Translations under genes and position numbers: made by a program
Assembly (NCBI GenBank): GCA_964433755.1
Contig: CAYSSR010000002.1
Location: forward strand, 212,220 to 276,219
Origin: an uncultured Anaerolineales bacterium
Lineage (GTDB): Bacteria; Chloroflexota; Anaerolineae; UBA7937; B3-Chlor
DNA length: 64,000 nucleotides
Direction: 5' to 3'
Part shown: positions 28,412 through 37,603 of the stretch, one piece after another
How positions within the stretch are numbered: position 1 is the first letter of the stretch
Layout of the letters: every line of letters begins with the position of its first letter
Notes under the pieces: generated by a model
What the model saw: only the letters and a program-made list of their open reading frames with translations
Told to the model about the DNA's origin: nothing
Databases searched by the model: none

Positions 28412-29424
28412 GGCACGCCCCGAGGGCCAAGCCTCTGGCAGCGGGTGCCAGCAGCCTGTCAGCCATGCCTCGTGCCCGCGACGGGACACTCGCATACTGG
28501 CTACACGGTTGGAGGGGCCTGGTCTTCCCATACAAACAGATCACATGCGCCCTGGTAGTGATGATCGTGGCCAGTCTACCGGTCCTGACGGCCTGTGGAC
28601 CCGCTGTGCCAGCCTCTCCACCGACGATCGCAGTCGCGGATCTCCTACCCACCGCCACAGCGACCGCGCAGCCGACGCCGACGGTCACACTGTCGTACGA
28701 AGATCCTTACGAGCCAAACGATTCTATGCTCGAGGCCTCGGGCCCCCTGGTCCCTGGACAAGCATACAGCGGCTACATCAGCGACGAGAACGACGCCGAT
28801 TTCTTCTATCTCGAGATCGACTCCCCTCGCGTCGTCAACCTCAGCCTCACGGACCTGCCGTCAGATGCAGATTATGATCTCTACCTGGTGACCGGCGAAG
28901 AGAACATCCTCGGCGATTCTGCGAACTCGGGGCAAGCAGAGGAACAGATTGAGTTCACCACCAGCAGCGTTGGGGTCTTCTACGTCCTGGTCCTTCCCTT
29001 TCACAACTTCAGTGCCACCGAACCCTACACCTTGAAGCTGGATCTGTCGCCGGCGCCGACTGCAGGCGGCGAAGACAGCTACGAACCCAATGACACCTTG
29101 GCAGAGGCTGCCGGACCCCTGATCCCGGGCCAGCCGGTGCAATCCTACATCTGGGACGAGGGCGATCAGGACGTGTACGTCTTCGACGTCGCTCAGAGCA
29201 CCACCATGACCATCATGCTCACGGATATCCCTCCGGAGGGGCACTACGGCATCCTGCTGTACAGCGAGACAGGGGACGAGATAGCCTCATTCACGCGCGC
29301 CTTGTCGTATGCTACCATACAGGAATCGTTGCCAGCGGGGACATACTACGTCGCCGTGTTGTCCTTCTCGGGCTTCAGCAGAGAGGAGCCATACACTCTG
29401 GAGATCAACTCTGTGACTCCTTAG
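28408..29424 (+). CDS. Lipoprotein with two pre-peptidase C-terminal (PPC)-like domains
   Basis: Lipobox VLTACG, Pro/Thr linker, two D-x-YEPND-started beta domains. The start is uncertain; an ATGA overlap with the upstream stop was used. Confidence 0.78.
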   Translation: MRHAPRAKPLAAGASSLSAMPRARDGTLAYWLHGWRGLVFPYKQITCALVVMIVASLPVLTACGPAVPASPPTIAVADLLPTATATAQPTPTVTLSYEDPYEPNDSMLEASGPLVPGQAYSGYISDENDADFFYLEIDSPRVVNLSLTDLPSDADYDLYLVTGEENILGDSANSGQAEEQIEFTTSSVGVFYVLVLPFHNFSATEPYTLKLDLSPAPTAGGEDSYEPNDTLAEAAGPLIPGQPVQSYIWDEGDQDVYVFDVAQSTTMTIMLTDIPPEGHYGILLYSETGDEIASFTRALSYATIQESLPAGTYYVAVLSFSGFSREEPYTLEINSVTP

Positions 29425-29478
29425 CCTCGGAGGCTACCATGACTTCTCGTTTCTCGATCACGAGAGGATAGCTACTAC

Positions 29479-31908
29479 ATGCCCAGGATCTGCCCTGAGT
29501 GCGGAACCTCCAATCCAGACACCAGCACTATCTGTCGCAGTTGCGGCAAGCTCCTGCCCTCGCGGCAAGCCTACGCTGCCCGGGAGGCCCGAAGCGGCCA
29601 GAGCAGAGGTTCCGCGCCGTGGGTGGCAGCAGTAACCATCGCTTTCCTGATCGTATGCTGCCTCTTCTTGGTGGGCGTCGCACTGCTTGATGAATTGATG
29701 CCATCCCACCCTTTTCAGACCATGCTGTTGGGGACGCCCACGGCCACTGCTACGCAACCTCCAACCCCTACCACGATCCCTACGAACACGCCTACTCCGT
29801 TCGTGCCCACACCCGAGCCAGGTGCAGACCGCTTCGAGCCGGACGACAACCCTGCCCAGGCCAGCCCGATAGAGACTGACGGCACCCCCCAAACCCACAC
29901 CCTAAGTCCAGCCGGCGACAGGGACTACGTTTCCTTCGAGGTCGAAACAGGCACAAGCTACGTCGTGGAGACGGGAAGTCTGGGCGCCGACTGCGATACG
30001 CTTCTCACGCTCTACGACGAGGACGGCACAGAGCTGGCCCACGACGATGATGGGGCTGAGGAGGCGCTCGCCTCTCTCATCAGTTGGACGGCACGCGAGG
30101 ACGGGACTCTTCTTGCCGAGGTCAGGCAGTTCGACGAGATCTTCGAGGGAGACGACACCACATATCGGATCTGGGTCACGGAATCTGAGGCTGTCGCCGG
30201 CGTCGCGGATGAATACGAGCCCGACGACACGATGGAGCTGGCCAACGAACTGGTCGTGGGTATGACTCAGACGCACACCATCCACGCGGGAGGAGATCAC
30301 GATTGGCTCTTCTTCCGTGTCGAAGAGGGGGTGACCTACAATCTGGAGACCCTGGAACTGACAGGCGGCGTGGACACCACCATCATCCTCTACGATGAAA
30401 GCGGAGAGGAACTGGCTCTCAACGACGACGGCGCGGAGGACGGCCTCGGCTCGCGGATCATCTGGAGGCCCGACTCCGACGGCCTGCTGTATCTGATGGT
30501 GCGCGACTACTGGGACGACAGAGCAGAGCCGAACATGGGGTACGCCATCTCGGTCACCGAGATGGAACCCGTGGAGGGCGACGAGTACGAACCCGATGAC
30601 AGTCAGGAGCAAGCGAGCACCATCGAGGTCGGTTCGCTCCAGACTCACAACGTGCATGTCACAGGCGATCACGATTGGGTCTGTTTCCAGGCCGTGGCGG
30701 GGACAGAATACGTCGTGGAAACCCTCAACCTGGGGGATAGGATAGACACCTACATCTCCCTGTACGCATCCTCGGGCGAGCTTCTCGCTGAGGACGATGA
30801 CGGTAGCGAAGAGGAGCTGGCTTCCCTGCTCACGTGGAGCGCCCTCGAGGATGGACCGCTCTGTGTAATGGTCAGAGATCTGGAAGATCAGCGGGCAGGT
30901 TCAGGGACCGAGTACACTTTGTCCGTGTACGAAGAAGGGGCCGGCCTGTTGGCGCCCGACAGCTACGAATCAGACGATACCTTGGCCTCAGCAAGAACGA
31001 TAGACCTAGCGCAGCCTCAGTTGCACAACGTCCACGTGGCAGGCGACCACGATTGGCTATCCTTCCAGGCAGAGAGGGGAATCACGTACACTATCGAGAC
31101 GCACAATCTGGGACCCGAAATCGACACCTTACTCTATCTGTACGACTCGGAAGGCCAGGAGTTGGCTCATGATGACGATGGCGCCGATGAGCCACGGGCC
31201 TCACGTATCACTTGGACGGCTGAGGAAGCTGCTCTAGTCTACATCATGGTCCGGGACTACAAGGACGACAGAGCCACCTCCGGCATGGGCTACTACGTGT
31301 CCGTGCGCGAGTCCCAAGGCGCCGCCGTTCACACGGAAGCTGGAGTATACGTCGCAGATGGTGCCTATCACATCGTGACTGCCGAAATCAGCAGTTTCGT
31401 GATCGGCGTGAGCGAACGACTCTCTCTGGAGAGCTTCAGTCTGGAGATCGATGCCGCACAGGTCAACGGTAGTGATGACAACGAATACGGTTTGGTGTGT
31501 GGCTACGAGGACGAAGAGAGCTACTACGAGCTTGCCATCTCCGGCGACGGCTACGTGGGGTTCTTCGTCCAAGAGCAAGGCAGTTGGGACAGCATTGTGC
31601 CGTTCACACGTAACGAGGCCATCAATCAAGGAGACTCGGTCAATCGGCTGCGGCTGGAGGTGGAAGAAGGCGCCTTCTCGTTCTACGTCAACGGACAACT
31701 GGCCCTGCACGAGTACGACCATCGCCTGGAAGAGGGCCTGATAGGATTCGGCTGTGGTTCTTTCGCAGAGCCGCACCTGCACTGCTCCTTCGACAATCTG
31801 AGAGTCTGGGACTCCGAGGGCGAGCTGGTGTGGGAGGATGATTTCGCAGACAACTCCGGGGAGTGGTTCCAGAGCGCGATGCCATGGGCCCCCTCGGGTG
31901 GTCAATAG
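29479..31908 (+). CDS. Zinc-ribbon/TM/four PPC-like repeats/C-terminal beta-sandwich protein
   Basis: CPECG...CRSCG, TM helix, PT linker, four ~125-aa repeats (EPDD...GDHDW...DT.L.LYD..G.ELA.DDDG), C-terminal NEYGLVC...YYELAISGDG DUF1080/LamG-like domain. Confidence 0.85.
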   Translation: MPRICPECGTSNPDTSTICRSCGKLLPSRQAYAAREARSGQSRGSAPWVAAVTIAFLIVCCLFLVGVALLDELMPSHPFQTMLLGTPTATATQPPTPTTIPTNTPTPFVPTPEPGADRFEPDDNPAQASPIETDGTPQTHTLSPAGDRDYVSFEVETGTSYVVETGSLGADCDTLLTLYDEDGTELAHDDDGAEEALASLISWTAREDGTLLAEVRQFDEIFEGDDTTYRIWVTESEAVAGVADEYEPDDTMELANELVVGMTQTHTIHAGGDHDWLFFRVEEGVTYNLETLELTGGVDTTIILYDESGEELALNDDGAEDGLGSRIIWRPDSDGLLYLMVRDYWDDRAEPNMGYAISVTEMEPVEGDEYEPDDSQEQASTIEVGSLQTHNVHVTGDHDWVCFQAVAGTEYVVETLNLGDRIDTYISLYASSGELLAEDDDGSEEELASLLTWSALEDGPLCVMVRDLEDQRAGSGTEYTLSVYEEGAGLLAPDSYESDDTLASARTIDLAQPQLHNVHVAGDHDWLSFQAERGITYTIETHNLGPEIDTLLYLYDSEGQELAHDDDGADEPRASRITWTAEEAALVYIMVRDYKDDRATSGMGYYVSVRESQGAAVHTEAGVYVADGAYHIVTAEISSFVIGVSERLSLESFSLEIDAAQVNGSDDNEYGLVCGYEDEESYYELAISGDGYVGFFVQEQGSWDSIVPFTRNEAINQGDSVNRLRLEVEEGAFSFYVNGQLALHEYDHRLEEGLIGFGCGSFAEPHLHCSFDNLRVWDSEGELVWEDDFADNSGEWFQSAMPWAPSGGQ

Positions 31909-31923
31909 AATGGAGGAAAACTC

Positions 31924-32676
31924 GTGAAAACCATAGAGCGTAAGTGCCGTAGGACTGGCGGTCGGACCACGAGGCTCAGTCTCGTCAGTCGTCTCTTGAT
32001 TTGTATCCCCCTGCTCCTTGGTGCTCTGGCCGGCTGTTCGACCCCGGAGGCGACTCCCACGAACACGCCGACGCCGGTGCCGCCTACTGAGACCCCGACT
32101 CTTGAACCTGACGTCACCCCCGAGGCGACTACGGAGCCTCTGATTCCCCTCGACGACGACCCGGTGCTGGGCTCTCCGGATGCCCCAGTGACCATCATCG
32201 AATACTCCGAGTATCTATGTTCCTACTGCCGTGCCTTTGCGTTGGAGACCCTCCCCCTTATCGAAGAGCAGTACATCGACACCGGGCAGGCGAAGTTCAT
32301 CTTCAGAGACTTTCCCGTGCACGGCGAGGGAGCCATCGCCATGGCCATGGTGGCCGAGTGTGCCTCCGATCAGGACAAGTTCTGGGAGATGAGCAAGACG
32401 CTCTTCGACCGGGTCGAGGAGTGGTCCGCAAGCGAGGATCTTCTGGCAACCTTGATGGGATATGCCGACGAGTTCGGCTTGGACACAGACGTGTTCTACA
32501 CCTGCTTGCAGGAAGGCACGACTATAGACAGGATCCGAGAGGACTACGAGATAGGCGTGCAAGAGGGAGTGGACGCTACGCCTACGTTCTTTGTCAACGG
32601 CACCTTGGTCAGGGGAGCTGTCCCGTTCGAGGACTTCCAGACGGTTATCGAGGACGAACTGGCGAAATCAGGCTAG
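31924..32676 (+). CDS. DsbA-family thioredoxin-fold lipoprotein
   Basis: Lipobox LAGC; DDPVLGSPDAPVTIIEYSEYLCSYC (CxxC); FRDFP; ATPTFFVNG. Confidence 0.92.
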   Translation: MKTIERKCRRTGGRTTRLSLVSRLLICIPLLLGALAGCSTPEATPTNTPTPVPPTETPTLEPDVTPEATTEPLIPLDDDPVLGSPDAPVTIIEYSEYLCSYCRAFALETLPLIEEQYIDTGQAKFIFRDFPVHGEGAIAMAMVAECASDQDKFWEMSKTLFDRVEEWSASEDLLATLMGYADEFGLDTDVFYTCLQEGTTIDRIREDYEIGVQEGVDATPTFFVNGTLVRGAVPFEDFQTVIEDELAKSG

Positions 32677-33366
32677 AGACGGCCTGTGCAGGATCTCCTC
32701 TCGCTTCCTGGTGAGGTGGGATAGCAGGTTCTCGCTGAAGCCCTGGTCCCGCGCGAACACGTGAAGGTAGTCGTACAGCACGAGTGCCAGACCGCGTGAT
32801 CCATCTGCAACGAGCTGTTCTGCCTGCGCGTCGACGTGCTCCAGCATCGCCTGCAACTCGGTCTCTCCCTCGCGTGAGGCATAATCCAGCGCTTCGGCGT
32901 AGTGGGCCAGCCCCGTCTGGTACCGATCCGGCACCGACAAGGCCAGGCGTCCCCTGAGCCAGCTCAACCTGGACAGGGGCTCCCATCGCTCCAGTTCGAG
33001 GGCCAACACCTCGGCCTCGTCAGCTCGCCGCCGGAAGTCCTCCGTCTGCCGTTCGCTGAAGTGCAGGAAGACCAGGTTCATCAGGGCCACGAGTTCGGTC
33101 AGCCCCTCTTCTAGCTCGCGGGCGATCTGGCAACTGGCCTCATAGCAGTCCCGGGCTTCCCGCAGCCGCCCCTGACGGTAATATGTGGCGCCTAGATTGT
33201 TGAGGACGATTCCCTGCCCGCGAGCATCGCCTTGGGACTTGCGCAGAGCCAGGCTGCGGAGGTAGCTGTTGATCGCCTCCTCCCACATGCCCTGGGCGCT
33301 GTAGGCGTTTCCGAGCTCGTTCAACTGGCGCTCGTCGAGGTCCTCGAACTCCTTGCCCATCTCCAT
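32668..33366 (-). CDS. Tetratricopeptide-repeat protein
   Basis: LNELGNAYSAQGMWEEAINSYLRSL; LNNLGATYYRQGRLREARDCYEAS. Confidence 0.85.
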   Translation of the reverse strand: MEMGKEFEDLDERQLNELGNAYSAQGMWEEAINSYLRSLALRKSQGDARGQGIVLNNLGATYYRQGRLREARDCYEASCQIARELEEGLTELVALMNLVFLHFSERQTEDFRRRADEAEVLALELERWEPLSRLSWLRGRLALSVPDRYQTGLAHYAEALDYASREGETELQAMLEHVDAQAEQLVADGSRGLALVLYDYLHVFARDQGFSENLLSHLTRKREEILHRPSLA

Positions 33367-33385
33367 TCGTCACGCTCCACGGCTT

Positions 33386-34405
33386 CTATGCGGCAAACAG
33401 CTTACCTATCTCATCTCGCGGGAAGCTTGGAAGGTCCCTCACCATCCCACCACTTCTGATCTTGATTCCTTCACCGGGTGGCCTGATCTGGCCGATCACC
33501 GTTGCAGGGACGTGATCCGAGACCAACGTCTCCACGAGTCGTTCTGCCTGCACCGTGGGCAGGGTCAGGACCAGGGCCCCCGAGGCGATGGTGCCCAACG
33601 GGTCCAGGCCAAACTCCGCGCAGAGCGCCGATGACTCCGGCAGGATCTCGATCTTCTCTTCTTCGATCATCATCCCTACACCTGCGGCGATCCCCACTTC
33701 GCGCAGCCCCATGGCCAGGCCTCCCTCGGTCGGATCGTGCATGGCGTGAACCTCGCAGTTGTCGGAGGCCCATCTGGCCTCCCGGAACACGCTGATCCCC
33801 GGGTCGTGGAGGTAGTCCTGCGCGCGGGCGATGAGATCATCCCCGTGGCCCCTCTCCCTCAGTGAGGCCTCCCTCTCGCGGGCGACGATCGCGGTCCCCT
33901 CGATGGCGATACCCTTGGTGAGCACGATGGCATCCCCCACTCGGGCGCCGGCTGTCGTGATGAGGCGCTCTTTCTCCACCTCGCCGAGCATGTGCCCGAC
34001 GACCACCGGCCGATCGAGACCATAGGTGATCTCCGTGTGTCCGCCGACCAGAGAGATGCCCAATCCCTTGCACGAGGCGTGCATCTGCCGGAGTATCTCC
34101 TCGACCAGCGTCTCGTCGCTGCTTTCTTCGGGCAGCAGCACCGTCGCCAGAAACCAGAGAGGGCGGGCTCCGGTGGTCACCAGATCGTTGGCGTTCACGT
34201 TCACAGCGTACCATCCGATCTGATCCGTGGCGAAGGTGATGGGATCGGTCTTGGCCACCAGGTACCGCTCTCCCATGTCGAGCACGGCTGCGTCCTCCCC
34301 AATCCTCGCCCCCAGCACCACCCGCTCATCTTCGAGACGGTACTGGTCGAGCAACCGGCCCAACACGTCTGACGGCAACTTTCCTACCGGGAATCGTCCA
34401 CCCAC
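33386..34405 (-). CDS. AIR-synthase (PurM-like) family protein of unknown function
   Basis: GKLP start, GEDAAV, KTDPIT, VNVNANDL, VGGHTE, MHDPTEGG; lacks the SelD (C/U)GCK N-terminus. Confidence 0.88.
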   Translation of the reverse strand: MGGRFPVGKLPSDVLGRLLDQYRLEDERVVLGARIGEDAAVLDMGERYLVAKTDPITFATDQIGWYAVNVNANDLVTTGARPLWFLATVLLPEESSDETLVEEILRQMHASCKGLGISLVGGHTEITYGLDRPVVVGHMLGEVEKERLITTAGARVGDAIVLTKGIAIEGTAIVAREREASLRERGHGDDLIARAQDYLHDPGISVFREARWASDNCEVHAMHDPTEGGLAMGLREVGIAAGVGMMIEEEKIEILPESSALCAEFGLDPLGTIASGALVLTLPTVQAERLVETLVSDHVPATVIGQIRPPGEGIKIRSGGMVRDLPSFPRDEIGKLFAA

Positions 34406-34519
34406 CAAGTCCTCCCTCGCCCCTTCTCTCTCGAGCCAGCGAGTGCCGCTCCCGGCACCCATTATACGGCAACCCCTTCTGCCTCGCCTGGGCGCAGCCA
34501 CACCACGGATGGGAAGGGT

Positions 34520-35512
34520 TTACCTCCGGACGTAGCCGTGCTCTCGGAACCAGGCCACCGCTTTCCCCAACGCTTCCCTCGCAGGTGTCTGCCGCAGGCC
34601 CAACTCTCTCACAGCCTTGCTGGAGTCGAAGAACATCCGCTTGCGGGCCAGTCTCACGGTTGCCGGAGTCATCTGAGGCTGGCGTCCAGGGAGAAAGCGA
34701 TATGCCGCAGCGTACACATAGGAGAGACCAAGGACTGGGTAATAGGGCAGCCGTAACCTGGGCGCCGGCAAGCCAGTCAGGTCAGCCAGGGTGTCGAGCA
34801 TCTCTTTCAGAGTCAGGTTCTCGTGCCCCAGGATGTACCGTTCCCCAACCCGGCCCTTCTCTGCCGCCAGGAGATGGCCCTCGGCCACGTCCTCGACGTC
34901 CACGATATTCAGACCTGTGTCCAGATACGCAGGCATACGCCCGTTGAGGAAATCCACGATGGTGCGGCCTGTGGGTGTAGGCTTGATGTCGCGCACGCCC
35001 ACCGGGGTACTGGGGTTGACGATGACGACGGGTAGGCCTCTACTGGCGAAGTCTCTGGCCACCTCTTCCGCCAGGAACTTGCTGCGCTTGTAGTCGCTGA
35101 TCATGTCGGCCAGCCTCGCCGGCGTGTCCTCAGTCCCAGGGCTGCCATCCCTCGGCAGGCCCAGCGTGGCTACAGAACTCGTGTACACCACCCGTTCGAC
35201 CTGTGCGGCCTGGGCTGCGCGGAGCACGTTCCGGGTGCCTTCGACGTTGACGTCGTAGAAATCCTGGCGTGGGCTCCACCAGTAGCTGTACAAGGCGGCC
35301 ACATGGTAGACCTGCTCGCATCCTACCATGGCCGAGGAGAGACTCGCCGGGTCCCGCACATCGCCAGTGACCAGTTCAACTTTCAGATCAGCGATGTTGC
35401 GCAGGTCCGCCCCGGCGCGCACGAGCGCTCTCACCTGGTGCCCCGACGCCAGCAGTGCGCGCACGACGCTGGATCCCACGAACCCCGTCGCCCCCGTCAC
35501 CAAGGCCTTCAC
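34520..35512 (-). CDS. hpnA: HpnA-like NAD-dependent epimerase/dihydroflavonol reductase family protein
   Basis: LVTGATGFVG, HVAALY, YTSSVATLG, YKRSK, VNPSTPVG.RDIKPTPTG, GRMPAYLDTGLN. Confidence 0.8.
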   Translation of the reverse strand: MKALVTGATGFVGSSVVRALLASGHQVRALVRAGADLRNIADLKVELVTGDVRDPASLSSAMVGCEQVYHVAALYSYWWSPRQDFYDVNVEGTRNVLRAAQAAQVERVVYTSSVATLGLPRDGSPGTEDTPARLADMISDYKRSKFLAEEVARDFASRGLPVVIVNPSTPVGVRDIKPTPTGRTIVDFLNGRMPAYLDTGLNIVDVEDVAEGHLLAAEKGRVGERYILGHENLTLKEMLDTLADLTGLPAPRLRLPYYPVLGLSYVYAAAYRFLPGRQPQMTPATVRLARKRMFFDSSKAVRELGLRQTPAREALGKAVAWFREHGYVRR

Positions 35513-35825
35513 CGACTCAGCCTCCCATGCCCTCCAGACCATTCTAGCTCAGTTCTGTCCCCTTAACCACCCATTCCTGTTGGCCGGTATACGCCGGACC
35601 TACCGACGCTGTCCAGGAACTGGCAGTTCCTGACAGGTTCTGGCAGGTCGGTCCACTCTGCGGGACAGCCAGGATAGCTTCTGGGAGGGCGTCCGGTAGT
35701 TTTCGGCAGTTCCGATGTGTTACAAGGACTGTGGATTCGCACATCGTCTCCTATCCAGCTTTCAAAGGCACGGTTCACGCAGGAGTGCGCCATCCGCCAG
35801 CAATCAGAAGAGGGGGTACGCCAGC

Positions 35826-37295
35826 GTGAAAACCATCCTGTTTGTACTGCCGGCTCTACAGGAAGTCCTCTCCCAGGAATTCCGCCAGATCAAGTACTCA
35901 CTGTTCCCGCCTTTGAGCCTCCTGACCCTCGCGGGGCTGGTCCCTGAGGGAAGGTACAACCTCGTGGTGAGAGACGAGCACGTCGAAGATGTCTTCGTCG
36001 AAGGAGACGTAGACCTGGTGGTCATGACCGTCTACGTCTCCTCTGCCAGGAGAGCGTACGAGATCAGCGACTTCTATCGGGCTCGGGGTGCGAAGGTGTT
36101 CCTGGGCGGGATACATCCCACCACGATGCCAGAGGAGGCCGCTCAACACGCGGACAGCATCTGCCTCGGCCCCGGCGAATCTGTGTTCCTCCAGATGCTC
36201 GAGGACTTCGAGCATGGATGCCTGAAGCAATACTACCACGGACACAGAGACAGGGACGTCTCCAGGGTTCCCCTTGCGCGCCGGGACCTGATGAACACGG
36301 GCAAGTACCTCGTCCCGAATACCTCGGCGGTTTCCAGGGGCTGCCTCTACTCCTGCGACTTCTGCTACAAGGAGAGCTTCTGGGGCAAGAACTACTATGA
36401 GTTTCGTCCCTTAGCCGACGTCAGAAAGGAGTTGGACACCTTCCGGCACAAGTTCGTATTCTTCCTGGACGACAATCTGATGGGCAACCGCCGAGAAGCG
36501 AGAAGGCTCTTCGCCTTACTGAAAGAGTACCACTTCGTCTGGCAGGCGGCTGCCTCCATCGACACCGCCTATACGCCAGGGTTCCTGGAGGACGCCTACG
36601 AAGCAGGCTGCAGAAGCCTCTTCGTCGGGTTCGAGTCCATCACCAAAGCCAACATGGAACGTGCCCACAAGCCTCAGAACCAGAAGTACGACTACGCTGG
36701 CGCCATCAGGAGATTCCACGATGCGGGGATCATGATCAACGGTAGCTTCGTTCTTGGCTTCGACGAAGACGATCCCGACGTCTTCGCCAGGACGGTCGAA
36801 TTCGCCATCCGAAACAAGATCGAGACGGCGACCTTCCACATCTTGACTCCCTTCCCCGGCACCAGATTGTTCGCCAGGCTGGAGGCAGAGGGCCGCATCC
36901 TGCATCGGGATTGGAGCGCCTATGATACCCGTCACGTCGTCTTTCAGCCCAGACTCATGACCCCGTCCGAGCTAGAGGAGGGGTACTGGTGGTCCTACGA
37001 GGAGTTCTACTCGTATGGGTCGATTCTTCGCCGATCAGTCGGGCTACCGAACCCTCTGAAGAGGCTGGTATACAACGTGGGCTGGAAGAAGATGGACACT
37101 CTCTGGGGTTTTGCGATAGACCACAACCTGATTCCTCACTTACTGCCCCTATTCGAGTTTGCTCTGGCGAGGGGTACGTCGCCGCGAGGTTGCAGCCCAG
37201 AGGCGGAACTCAAACGCCTGGTCGGAGGGGCACGGGAGAGTCGTGAAATGGAAGGGGTAGCGGGAGTGGGTGATGAGCGAACCCACCTCGGTTAG
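35826..37295 (+). CDS. B12-binding-domain radical SAM protein
   Basis: PPLSLLTLA, GGIHPT, SRGCLYSCDFC, FLDDN, GFES, TPFPGT. The last ~40 codons look non-conserved. Confidence 0.9.
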   Translation: MKTILFVLPALQEVLSQEFRQIKYSLFPPLSLLTLAGLVPEGRYNLVVRDEHVEDVFVEGDVDLVVMTVYVSSARRAYEISDFYRARGAKVFLGGIHPTTMPEEAAQHADSICLGPGESVFLQMLEDFEHGCLKQYYHGHRDRDVSRVPLARRDLMNTGKYLVPNTSAVSRGCLYSCDFCYKESFWGKNYYEFRPLADVRKELDTFRHKFVFFLDDNLMGNRREARRLFALLKEYHFVWQAAASIDTAYTPGFLEDAYEAGCRSLFVGFESITKANMERAHKPQNQKYDYAGAIRRFHDAGIMINGSFVLGFDEDDPDVFARTVEFAIRNKIETATFHILTPFPGTRLFARLEAEGRILHRDWSAYDTRHVVFQPRLMTPSELEEGYWWSYEEFYSYGSILRRSVGLPNPLKRLVYNVGWKKMDTLWGFAIDHNLIPHLLPLFEFALARGTSPRGCSPEAELKRLVGGARESREMEGVAGVGDERTHLG

Positions 37296-37355
37296 CTCAT
37301 CACTACCCAGAACGGTGCTGGAAACCAGGGAGGCCACTGGGTCTCAACCACCCCC
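37261..37355 (-). pseudogene. Full-length altered duplicate of tRNA-Sec (anticodon position reads CCA; 3' half refolded)
   Basis: GGGGGTGGTTGAGACCCAGTGGCCTCCCTGGTTTCCAGCACCGTTCTGGGTAGTGATGAGCTAACCGAGGTGGGTTCGCTCATCACCCACTCCCG; about 75/96 identical to selC at 40604-40699 by hand; acceptor stem and D-stem strands identical. Confidence 0.8.
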
Positions 37356-37603
37356 GCGTCTGACTGTCACAGCCATTCTCGCCAGCACAGCGCGGGCGAG
37401 ACGGCGCCTGGCAGAGATCTCCCGCGGACTTGTGCGCCGCCCACACCGGAAGTAGCGCCCGGCGCACTCTGACACCACGCCGGGCGCCAACCGACAAATG
37501 TCTACCCCGCAAGACGTCGCCGGCCACTGTCGACCCCAGCAGGCCAGGCAGCTGGATCGACACAGAAGTCGTCGGCGCTGCTGCCGCCTCGCAGAACAGC
37601 ACC

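Noticed and set aside
33386-34405. PurM-fold gene as selenophosphate synthetase SelD (tempting given tRNA-Sec)
   Set aside because: No Cys/Sec-Gly-Cys-Lys N-terminal motif; the GKLP start fits the unrelated PurM-like subgroup.
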